64,000 nt of DNA, taken from positions 780,616 through 844,615 of the forward strand of contig MU058584.1 of assembly GCA_013265495.1 (NCBI GenBank), read 5' to 3'. How positions within the stretch are numbered: position 1 is the stretch's first letter; each line of letters opens with the position of its first letter. This DNA comes from Vicugna vicugna (lineage: Eukaryota). The translations under genes were made by a program, and so were the position numbers. Under the pieces are notes generated by a model. It made no database searches and was not told the DNA's origin. It saw only the letters and a list, made by a program, of their open reading frames with translations. Positions 38,584 through 49,876 of the stretch are shown here, one piece after another.

Positions 38584-38727
38584 AGCTACAACTGGCCGGG
38601 GGTTCAATGCTCTAGAAAGTTCCGAGGCACGTGGCTTGAAGCAAAGGAGCTGCAGTAATTGAAGAGAAGCAGAGGCCGGCTGTTCTTGGGGATCCTGATC
38701 CTCAGAGAATGTTCTGCACCCGTTGAT
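38584..38727 (+). other. DDR2: DDR2 exon 2 (non-coding 5' UTR); acceptor is either CAG 38581-38583 or AAG 38577-38579
   Basis: GGGGTTCAATGCTCTAGAAAGTTCC...TAATTGAAGAGAAGCAGAGGCC...CAGAGAATGTTCTGCACCCGTTGAT matches the recalled human DDR2 leader. Polypyrimidine tract at 38553-38575 and donor GTAAGT at 38728-38733. Confidence 0.88.
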
Positions 38728-41700
38728 GTAAGTAGGACCACTCACTGAAGCTGTGTTGCCACATGAGATTAGGGTGACAGTGTGGCTCCCCATGAGCCCC
38801 TCACTTACCCTGGCAGGTGTCACAGGGAAAGGTGAGCAGCTGCATTCTGTCCTAGAGTTGATAGCAAATGAAAGACCATGCATTTGGTAGTTTGGGAAAC
38901 CCGATGCTGCATGTCAGTTTCCTCTCTGTACTTCACTGATCCATTTGTGGCCAGCCCAGATGAGAGGCCCATCCTGGGGTGTCCTGGCTCAGGGCGTCTT
39001 CCCCAGCTCTGAGTGGCCCAGGAAATCTAGTCTGTCCCTGTCCCTGCAGGACCCACTGGAATCTCAGGAGTTCCTGGGCCTCTTCCAATAGTACAATTTC
39101 ATATATATATATATAGTTTTTAATAAATAAATTGTAGTTTTCCAGCAATAATTTGAGAGGCTTTAGAGGAAAATAATATTTAATAGAACAACTAAAACTA
39201 GAGTAAGAAAACCAGATCCCTGTAATAAGGTCTGGGGGAATTAAATATCCAGGAAAACCTACCCCAGGGATATTTATTCTGGATAAGTGCAACACTTAGC
39301 TCTGGAACTCACGGCAAAAAGAGAAGCAGAGCTTTCATGAGGAAACCAAAAACATCTGCACGGGTCCAAGAGGTCTGCTGTAGGTGACTTTTGGTGTGAA
39401 TGGGACTTCCCAGTTTATCCTTTAGCAGACTCAGATCCCACCAGCAAAGCTAGAACTGTAGTAATTGCCGCGTCTGAGACCTTCTCAGCCTGGAGCTCAC
39501 TGAAGGCAGAAACCTGTCTCCTTCGTGCCTGCATCCCCAGCATCTGGCTCGGGGTCTGGCTCGCGGAAGATGCTCCGTGAGAACTCACTGCCTTGACTTA
39601 GGCTTACGTCACTCGCAGCTTCTGTGGTGCCTGTTGAAGGAAAGGACAATTGAGTAAATAGTGTGGACCAGTGAGTTCTTGGGATGAGGGCAGGAGGTTA
39701 AAATTAGTTCCTCATATCCCCAGGAGATTTCTTCCCACTATCAAATGCTGCCGGGATTATCTACTCCTTTCTGTTTGTTATCTAGGTAACGCCTCCTCCT
39801 CCCCCTCATTACCCCTTAGCCTCCTTGTGGTGATAAACTATCTTGGTCCCCTTCTTCTTATAGATTGCCTTGAAACCAATTTCCTTTCCTTCCTTCCTCC
39901 CTCCCTCCCTCCCTTCCTTCTTTCCTTCGTTCCTTTTCTTCCAGTAGACTCTTGATACTGGAGAATGATGCACATTTCAGAATGAATAACCCTTAGCTAC
40001 GTTTTACCACTAACCAGAGGCGAGTGCAGATTTCCTCTATTACATCAGACTCCTCAAACATTACTTAGCAGTGAATCACTTCACTTTACCTTTCAGGAGG
40101 GTAAAGGCACCTGTCACTGTGGTCTTTTCTTCCCCTGCCACCTGGTCTTAAATGACTATTTCGGGAAATTATTTCAATATCCAAGGCATGTGCTATGAAT
40201 AGCCTTGGTTTGAGAAGCCTGATCTGGGTGCCTCCCCTGCCCCCACCGTCCTAGAATTATGCCTAGAATTATCTCAAGCACTTTGGCTCCCCCAGGAAAG
40301 AGCCCTTCTGGTTTCTTCTAGTTGCCAGTGCAGGCTTCCTCCTTTTCTGAGAATGATGAGACCAAGTATTCCAGTCTGTTTAGAGACTTAAGAAGTCTCA
40401 GCTTCCTGTGTCTCTAGTTAATAGGAAGAGCAAGTCATTTAGCATCTAAACTGGAACACTTGTGAGGGAAGGGGGCGTTATTAATAGAAACTCTGGAACA
40501 CGAGGCTTAGTCTGTGTGTATGGTCACCGACTTTTCAAAGATCTTGCATCTTTAATGAAGGATGAGCTCACAAGGTTAACGATAGCTTTTGGAGATAAAC
40601 TCCCTGAATTCTGTGCAGTTGTCTATTTTGGGCCCCTGGGGACTCTGGCATAGACTTCCTAGCACCGAGAGTGTCTAATAAGCCGGTGGAGAGCCCGTCC
40701 CTGGGGCAGACCGTCAGGACTGCCACAGACCCGGGGGCCTGTGTTTGTGGGACCCAGGGGTGCGGGCCCGCCTTCCTCTGCCCTTCTTCCCCGCCTCTTC
40801 CACCTCCCCCACCTTCTCCTCCTCCTCCTATTTTTTCCTGACCCTCATTCTCTTGCTCTGCCCGCTCCCCGCCGCTGTTCTGTTCTCTGGTCCTTTCCTC
40901 TTTTGTCTCCCTCTTTCTCTCTGTTCCCTTCTCTCCATTTGTCCCTCACAGCCTCTTCCTCTCTCTCCCAAAATGGCTCTTTCAACACTCTTGGAGAGCA
41001 GCTCAAAAGAGCCTTGCTGCCAACGTTACTTTCTCCTTTAAAGGAAAAGCTTGTGTTTCCAACTGTAACTTGATTTTCCTTCATGAGTTACAAACTGTCT
41101 TTTTCCCGTTGCAAGTGGCCTGTTTCTCATGGGCCTCTTTGATGGGAGGTTCTGGTGTCATGTGTCCTGGGGGACGGGGACGTGTGCTTGGGCATGAAGA
41201 CAGCACGGCCTGGGGTGAGGGAGGTGGGGGTGGCGGTGGCGGTGGGTGGATGTTGGGGCCATGACAGGAACAAACCTGGGAGGTGTCTGCTTATCGCAGA
41301 GTGGATTATGGGCTGAGATAAATGAGGTGCTGTAATCACGCTGCTGCATGAAGCTCAGCGTCTGAGATTTTGGAACTGGGCTGTGCCAGGATCATTTTAG
41401 AGAAGGCAGGGTCTGCATCAGCGTCGAACTAATCAGGGAGCCACAGCTGTGGCGGGCGTGCCACCACAGGACAGGAGGGAGCCCGTTAGAAACGGAGGAA
41501 GCGAGCCCTTCACCGGGGACTGCGGGGTAGGTGTGCCAAAGTGTAACACAGACATTCTGAAAACATTCTGAAAAGCAGAAGCTGAGAACAGTCTGCAGTG
41601 ATCTGAAAAAGGACCAGTGGGCAAGACAACAACCTGCCTTTTTTTTTCTTGTGGGGTCCAAGGACTTCGCGCAGTATGTTTACTTACTACAATAATAACA

Positions 41701-43074
41701 CTGCTAACCCAGCACCAGTGATGTGTAAGGGACTCTGAAAGTGACTTGGAGGGATTCAAAAATAAACAAGCGATAACTCCAGCCTAGGTTGCACGTGGCT
41801 AATTGGAGCGGGAAGGGACACAAAAGAGCAATACGCTCCAGGGAGGTGAGGATGTATGGAGAGGGTGATGAAAGGTGGAAGGAAGGAGAGAGCACTCGTA
41901 GCTGGGCTGTCAGAGGACAAAGGCCTTGACCATGGAGGGCGTGGAGCTTGGGCCAAACCCGGGAGTCTAGGCAGGACTTTCAATACGCAGAGAGAAAGAC
42001 GTGGGTCAGTCATCGTCAGGGGACTGACCTAGGCAACCAGGATGCAGGATGACCAGCAAACAAGGGCTGCACTGGGCACACCGGTGGAGGGGAGAGAGGA
42101 AGCAGCAATCTCCTGGGAGCAGAGGCTCGGGGTCAAGGAGTGGAGGAAGATAAAGCTGGAACGGAGGGTGGCTGCCAGACTGGGGAGAGCTCTGCCCACT
42201 GGCTGGGCTGAGACATCTGGATGCCATCCTAGGGATTCAGTATTTGTGTGGTACCTGCTCTAGGAGGGAAGGATGGCTTCGCTTTTGGAGATGCTTATTT
42301 CTGATGCGCCTCGTGCTGTGTGTGGGTGCAGTTCTCAACCAGACTTAAGGTGTCATAACAATAAGCCATTGGGGGAAATATTTGGGAGCCAAAAAATGTA
42401 TCTACACGAAACACTTTGAGCCAGTGTTTTCTAACATCTCAATCTCTTGCTTTTGCTTTGATCTTTGTAGCTTTTAAGAGTTGATTTAAGGGGGAGCCAC
42501 AAACTGTATGCCCTTAGAGTTGATCTAGGGCTGCTAGAAAGAATCTTATTTCTATTGGGTCAATTTTCATTGCTTAGAATTTCTCACATTACATCAACCA
42601 TTTTATTTGGAGATTGTGGGCTGAAGGAATCATGTTGTGTTCCTGGCTGGAAATGGTCGCAGAATTTCCTTCTGACCCTGAATCTGCTCAAAATTCCTGT
42701 GTCCTGGCTTAGAGAGCCCCTGGTTCCTCCCTTTATGATGGATGAGAAGGGCTGGGGCTTCCTTCCAGACATTCATAGCACTTGTCGGGGTTTCTCACTG
42801 ATGTCTCATTGTCTTACAAGAGACATTCACAAAACCTCTTGTATTGATAAATTTTTTATGTATATGAGGCTTCCCCCAAAAGATTGTGAGATCCTCTTAG
42901 TCAAGGTCTGAGGCTCTATCAGAACTGTTTACTTTGGCATAACATTTAGCATAGTGTTATGCATGCGCTGTTCTGCCTGAGGGTAGCGGAGCTGGATGGG
43001 TAGTGGTGAGCTGCTGGTACCCACCTGTTCCCATGTCCCAGTATTGGGTTTTGTAGAGAGCGGACTAAAATAGA

Positions 43075-43436
43075 TCTTTGCTAATCAAAGCATCAACCAC
43101 TGACAACATCAGTATCACCCAGGAGCTTGTTGAAAACACAGAATCTCAGGCCTTGGAACCTGTAATTTGATTAGTGTTTGAAACACATTGGTTTCCAGAT
43201 GTACTGTATACAAATCACTTGGGGATCATGTTAAATATCAGATTCTGATGTATTTCAGGGTTACTTAGATAATGGTGGAACAAGTACTCCTGTTCTTATA
43301 AATAAAGCTTTATTAGAACCCAACTATGTTCATTTACATATTGTCTGTGATTTCTTTTGTGCTACATCCGCTTATGGGCCACAAAGCCTAAAATATTTGC
43401 TATCTGTGCCTTTACAGAAACAAGTTCGCCGAACCT
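43075..43436. mobile_element. MER5A-like fragments followed by a MER58A-like hAT MITE
   Basis: CATCAGTATCACCCAGGAGCTTGTT...CAGAATCTCAGGCC (MER5-like); AAATAAAGCTTTATT...GGCCACAAAGCCTAAAATATTT...CCTTTACAGAAA (MER58-like). Confidence 0.7.
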
Positions 43437-43989
43437 CAGCATATGAGATGAACCCTCACTATTTCCTTAAAGAAAGGACATAGCTGGGAACTTTCGCCCC
43501 AGTGGCAGAATTTGCAAGCCCATCTTAACCCATCATGGCATCGCTGAATCATTAATTCTAAATTCTCAAGCAGGCAATGAAGGATCTTGAGCCCCAGATT
43601 ATTCCAAATAGCAGTACCAAAGAGTCTGTGACTTTCCAAGGCCTATTCATATCTCCCTCCTTGAAGAAATGATTGTGACTTTATTGAGATCTTTCCTCTA
43701 CAGATTGATCCCATTCATTATTCAAAATAAGTTAGGCTTTTCTCAAGAATTGGAAAGACCCAAGAGGAAATTCTGAATAGAAATGTTTGGGACTAAGGAA
43801 TAAAGACAGCCTCGTATGGGTTGGGTCAAATCCGCATTTTACTACTGAAACGGTAGCCCTAGCCCAGCCCACCCCTGGGCTGTTCCCTGGCAGCCAGACT
43901 CAGGTGGCCGGGGCCTGGAGTCCTTCCTCTCGTTCCCTGGGGAATCCCACCACCTGTCTCTTATTTGGAGCTTTTGAATTGTGAAATGA

Positions 43990-44029
43990 TGGCACACACA
44001 TGCGGCAAGCTTGCCGCATGTGTATGCCA
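43990..44029. repeat. Spacerless palindrome: 28 bp perfect (43996-44023), 40 bp with one mismatched pair
   Basis: TGGCAC-ACACATGCGGCAAGCTTGCCGCATGTGT-ATGCCA, paired base by base. Confidence 0.95.
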
Positions 44030-46894
44030 AGCGTCCGAAGGCAGAGGCAGAGGCTTGGGCGGAGAAGCAGGAGGTGCGGAAGGGGCTTGCTGGCACGGAG
44101 GCCTCTGCTCACAGACACAGTGGAGGGGAGCTTGTGGGAGGAGAGAGGCGGCCCCAGGCAATCACCTGAGGATGTGGGCGCACTGAGTCTTGGAGATCCT
44201 GGTTCTCCTCCACCCAGAACCAAGTCTCAGAGGAGGCAGGTGTAGGAGAATTAGGATCCTTTCCCCTTGTCCGGAGTTATCTAGAAACACAGGGTTTTGA
44301 TATGGGGTTCTGTGGGAGTCTTTGCTGTAGCACTAGGAACTCTGGCCTTTCTTAGTATCTCTTCTGTCTGCATAGCCCAGGACACTAAAAAAGGTGTTTT
44401 TGAGGTGGTGGAGTAGACAAAAGTGGGGAGTCCTCTCCTCAATTCCAGCATCTATCCACCAATTCAGAGAAATTGTAGGCGTGAACTGGGGCCTCGTATG
44501 TTGAGAACACCTGCCCTGTTGCCAGGGAGCCCTCCTGGAGTTCTCTAAGGTGCCTCAGCCGGTTAGCTCAGCTGATCAGAATGTGGCATTCATTCATTCA
44601 TTCATTCATTCATTTCTTCCCTCACTCAATGACTATTCATTGAAAACCTACGGTGTTACAGAATAGTGGGAAAAACATGAACTGGAGAGTCAGAAACCTG
44701 AGTTCACATTCTAGTTTCCCCATCCATGCACCAACGTCTCATTCGAGTTCCAGTTTGGTTGGCACGTCTCTTCCTTCCTCGCCCGCTTTCTCTGACTCTC
44801 CCTGACTCTGTAGGTTGCACCCAATGCCTCTTCTCTCTACTTTTGGTGCACCTTCTGCAGTCTGTCCTCACACCTATTACGTGGAGATGATCTGTTGATT
44901 GTCTGTCTCTCTCCCCAGATTGTAAAGCCATTGATGGCAGAGATCTTCATAAATACTTGTTCACTCTAACTCCTGACACATATTAGAAATTAAACATACA
45001 TCTGTTGCACTGAAAGGACCTGGCTGGGTGACATAACTTTCCTAAAGTGTGGTTTTTCTCATCTGTGAGATGAAGGTGATAAGAACGTACCTCATGACTT
45101 TGTTGTGAGGGTTAAATCGCAACAAGACATTGTGGGAAAGGTTTAGAATGTTTGGCAGACTGTTCTGTAAACATAAATTGCCCGCAAATATTGTGGTTGT
45201 TCTCATGTCTCGATTGATTGGGATTTGGTAGAAGACAAGTCCAAGAGAATCAGGAAGGTATGTGGAGATGACCTAGCCCACGTTTCTTAAACAGAATGAT
45301 TGAATGAAAGGTTGAACTAAGCCTGGAGACTTAGTTTGTGAGGCATGGTTTGGGTGTATGAGTTGACAATGGACAAGGGGACCCCCTCCTGCAAGCTCTA
45401 GGTCTCCTCCACTAGATTATATGCTCACAACAGCGGGGACATGCCTTACTTGTTTCTCTGCCCCTTTATGTTCCTAAGCACTACTAAGAAATTGAATAAG
45501 TAGATAATTGAATTTTGATGGGCACTACAAGGCCCAGATCTCCTGACCCTTAACATCTCCCCATATTTCTGGCTTGTATCTGCCTTGTCTTGAGAACTTG
45601 GATAGTGGAACCGTTCGTTCTACAGAAAACATAGATTTGGGGAGAAAAGAGTAAGTTCTGCTTGAAATACGTTGAGTGTGAGATCTGGCTGTCAAATATT
45701 CAGGGCTGGGAGCTGGAGCCTAGTTATATAACTTTTCATGTGTCTGTTTTAGCTCCTAGAACCAGACCCAGAGCTCACTGTATAGCTCCCGGGATGCTTG
45801 ACGCTCACTCATTAAAAAGCATGTGATAAGTATTTCTTGATCCATTGCAAAAATGTCAGGCTGTTTCCCATGTAGGTAACAGGGCAGTGCCGCAGATGTT
45901 GGAGCAGAGGTGTAGATGATCTGACTTCTGCTGCAGGAAGACCTGACTTTGCTGCAGGGTATGAGAAAGATGGGAAGGGAAAAGAGCTGGGGGTGGGGAG
46001 GCCCAGCAAGAGAGCAGGTGGGCAGTGAGGGAGTCTGAAGCCGAGCTCTGCCAGGAGGGATGGAGTGGAGGGCGTCTGACTCCACGAGAGACTGGTAACT
46101 CATCTCTCCCCGTAGCATCAGCCCTAGAGAGGTCTCCCTGCTCTGGGAGAAGCACTGACCAGCCTCGAGTGGCTTTGGAACAAAAGCCAGTGACTGCATC
46201 CAAGGGAAGATAATGAGAAACACACAGGCCGTGAAGATCAGGAAAGCACCACGAATCTTTTTGTTGCAAAACTTTACTTTCCCAAACCCTGGGCAAGGGT
46301 GCAGAAGCCTCTGCGTGTGAACTTGGCCCCTTTACTAGGAAATAAAAGATGGAATCTCCCTTGATAAATCACAGAACTGACCCTATCCAAGAATCTGAGA
46401 GGGATAGGGTGGGTGGTGAGGAAAGGGAGGGGGGTGTGGTGCTGATCAGTAGACAGGAGAAAGCAACAATGCAGACAGTGGCCCAAGGTGAGGAGACTTG
46501 AAATTTCACCTAAGTCCCCCCACCCCTAACAGTGTGATTTTACAGAGACTGTTCTTTTCTTCAAATATGAAATATTTTTGTAATTAGAGAAAAGTCCTTA
46601 AAAAGGAGAAACTGCTTTCATTCAGTTAAAAACTCTAGTAATTCTATGTACACAATAAGATCCCAAGAATTAAACATCAATTCAACAAAATGTATGAATG
46701 ACCTTAAAAAAATTTCTGTGCTATTTGATGTAGGAGTTTAACTTTTATGGATCTGTTCTAAGAAGACAACCTGAAAGGAACAAAATTTATACACAAAGAT
46801 AGATGCACTGGGTACAGAAAAGAAATAATCTAAGTGGCCAGTATTGAGGATATGGTTAGATATATAGGTTATAAGTCTTTAAAATGATGGTTCT

Positions 46895-47828
46895 ATTGGT
46901 CTATATGTCTGTTTTGGTACCAATACCATGCTGTCTTGATGACTGTAGCTCTATAGTATTGTCTGAAGTCTGGGAGAGTTATTCCTCCAGCCTCTTTCTT
47001 TCTCTTCAGTAATGCTTTGGCAATTCTAGGTCTTTGATGGTTCCATATAAATTTTATTATGATTTGTTCTAGTTGTGTGAAATATGTCCTGGGTAATTGG
47101 ATAGGGATTGCATTAAATCTGTAGATTGCCTTGGGCAGTGTGACCATTTTAACGATACTGATTCTTCCAATCCAAGAGCATGGAATATCTTTCCATTTTT
47201 TAAAGTCTTCTTTAATTTCCTTCATCAATGGTTTATAGTTTTCTGTGTATAATTCTTTCACCTCCTTGGTTAGATTTATTCCCAGATATTTTATTACTTT
47301 GGGTGCTATTTTAAAGGGGATTGTTTCTTTACTTTCTTTTTCTGTTGATTTATCATTAGTGTAAAGAAATGCAACTGATTTTTGAACATTAATTTTGTAA
47401 CCTGCTACCTTGCTGAATTCTTCAATCAGCTCTAGTAGCTTTTGTGTGGACCTTTTAGGGTTTTCTATATATAGTAACATGTCATCAGCATATAATGACA
47501 CTTTTACCTCTTCTTTTCCAATTTGGATCCCTTTTATTTCTCTCTCTTGCCTGACTGCTGTGGCTAGGACTTCCAGGACTATGTTGAATAGGAGTGGTGA
47601 TAGTGGGCATCCTTGTCTTGTCCCAGATTTTAGTGGGAAGCTTTTGAGTTTTTCACTGTTGAGTACTATGCTGGCTGTAGGTTTGTCATATATAGCTTTT
47701 ATTATGTTGAGATATGTTCCCTCTATACCCACTTTATATCCATGAATGACTGAAAAATTGTGCTGAACACTGGAATTTGACACAACATTGTAAAATGATT
47801 ATAAATCAATAAAAAAGATTAAAAAAAT
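46895..47828 (+). mobile_element. Young 5'-inverted LINE-1 insertion: inverted ORF2 RT segment (46895 to about 47734) plus a short direct 3' end (about 47735-47828)
   Basis: The minus-strand ORF 46893-47783 has about 280 uninterrupted ORF2 codons ([25 protein letters not shown]). The plus-strand L1 terminus carries AATAAA and an A tail. Perfect TSD AAAATGATGGTTCT (46881-46894 / 47829-47842) at TTT/AAAA. Confidence 0.95.
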
Positions 47829-48461
47829 AAAATGATGGTTCTGAGAATTTTAGATACCATAGGAAGGTATTTATGATTTTATATTAAGTAAAATTAGAAG
47901 TCACAAAGTTGTATAAAGGGCATGAAATCACTTATATAAAAATGCACAGAAAAAAACTCAGGAGGAAATATGCCAAAATATTAGCCGTGCTTGATTTTGG
48001 GTGAGGAGATTATAAGGTCATTTTTGGTCCTTTATATAATGGAAAGTTGATAAATAAGCGTCTATTATTTTTATATCAGAAAAGAAAAGAAAGTATACAT
48101 TTTTTTAAAGGAAGATACTGTAAAAGAGTATTTGTTGTTTTCAGAGAGAATACATGAAAAATCTAGGTACACTCTTGCCTTCCCTGGGATTCTGGGATTA
48201 TTTTTACCCTCAGGAAGATCTTTCCTTGCTTCTACTTAAATTATCCTCACACGTCAGTTTGTTTCTGGGGACAAAAAAAAAAAAAAAAAAAAAAAAACCA
48301 TGCATTTAATCTCTGCTCCAACATACGTGGTAATTCTCTGTTATCTTCACGGAAAAAAAGATACAAACGTCTTGATGTGGTATTCAAAGGCTTTCAGAAT
48401 AAAATCCCACCTGATCTTTCCAACTTCACTTCCTATCAGTTTCCTATGTGTATTTTAATTA

Positions 48462-48660
48462 ATTTTTTATTTTTTATTGAGGTGTAATTGACGTACAACA
48501 CTGTTAGTTCCAAGCTTACAACATAGTGATTTGATATTTCTATATTATTAATGATCGCCATGGTAGGTCTAATTACCATCTGTCCCCATACAAAGATGTT
48601 ACAGTATTATTAACTATGTTCCCTGTGCGGTACCTGTCATCCCTGTAATTCATTTATTCC
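48462..48660 (-). mobile_element. Short LINE-1 3' end
   Basis: TTTTATTGAGGTGTAATTGAC...CAACATAGTGATTTGATATT...GTTACAGTATTATTAACTATGTTCCCTGTGC. Confidence 0.75.
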
Positions 48661-49409
48661 TACATGTTTTCTACTCAAATCAAAACCCCCCTCGGACTTG
48701 CCATTTTTTGTACGTGTCCCCTTGTTCCATCTCTGAACCTCTGCTTCTTCCTGGGGACGTGCTTGCAGAGCATGCATTGAAAAGTCAAGTGGACCAGGGT
48801 CCTCTTTCAGCACGATCAGGCTCACGCTGCTGTGTGGCCTTAGCAAGCCATTTCACCTCTCTGGACCTCAGATAGCATACCTGTGACACGAGAAGGGGCG
48901 ATAGATGGTTGCCAAGCTTCCTTGCAGCTCTAGAGCTGGGGAGCCTTGTTCCCTCACTGCCCTGGGTGTGCTCATGCATCTGTCTGCACCTTGTCTCGGG
49001 TTATAACTGCTGCCTTGAATGCCCCCGTCCCTCCTCCGCACCTGTCAGATTAGAGCAGAGAGGTGGGCATCTGATCCCTCCACTTTGCTGCTTTCTGAAC
49101 GTGTGGCCTTATCTCACCAGTCAGCCTCTCTGTATCTCATCTGTAAAATGAGATGAATAACATCTCTCCTCTTGTCTCATGTGACTGATCTCAGTGCTGA
49201 TCAAGGGAGAGGGAGAAAATGGAAAATTTCCCTGTAAACTCTGAAGTGCCCTACAAGGCGTTTCTGTCCTGTTGGCAGAAATCTCACCTGGACCCTGCAG
49301 CCTAGCACTTCGGAACAGGCACAGGGAGCAGGGGACAAAAACTCCTAGGCGCTCTTTGACCTGGGATGGCTGAGAGCAGAGGTAATCTAGTGAGAAATGG
49401 CAAGAGGCT

Positions 49410-49876
49410 TGCGGTAGGCTGGATGATGCTGCCTCCGGCTCCCTGCTCCCCAAATGCCCATATCCCAATCCCTGCAACCTGTGAGTATGTTACCTCCCAT
49501 GGTAAAAGGGACTTTGCAGATGCCAGTAAGGTTAAGGACCTTGAAGTGGAGAGATTATTCTGGATTATCTGGGTGGGCCTGATGGAATCACAAGGGTCCT
49601 GAAAAGAGGGAGTCAGGAGGATCAGAGTCAAAGAAAGAAGATATAAGGATGGTCAGAGACGGGAGAGGATGCTATGCTGCTGACCCTGGACCGCGGAATG
49701 CAGGCGTCCGCTTGAAGTTGGAAAAGACAAGAGAACAGATTCTTCGCTTGAGCCCCCAGAAGGAAGAGAGCCTTGCCAACACATTGATTTTAGGACTTTG
49801 AGCTCAGGAGAATACATTCGTGTTGTTCTAAGCCACTAAATATTTGATCATCTGTTACAGCAGCAATAGAAACTCA
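49410..49876 (+). mobile_element. MaLR solo LTR (MLT1C/D-like)
   Basis: CCTGTGAGTATGTTACCT...AAAAGGGACTTTGCAGATG...GGAGAGATTATTCTGGATTATC...AAGCCACTAA...TGTTACAGCAGCAATAGAAAC. Confidence 0.85.

Noticed and set aside
44558..44586. tRNA-Ile(AAT)-like 5' sequence GCCGGTTAGCTCAGCTGATCAGAATGTGG
   Set aside because: Only about 30 degenerate nt with no anticodon or T arm; at most an ancient tRNA/SINE relic.
46893..47783. 296-aa reverse transcriptase ORF as a domesticated gene or novel RT system
   Set aside because: It is an L1 ORF2 fragment inside a TSD-flanked insertion. It lacks the endonuclease and N-terminal RT parts, and has no evident promoter or ATG start.
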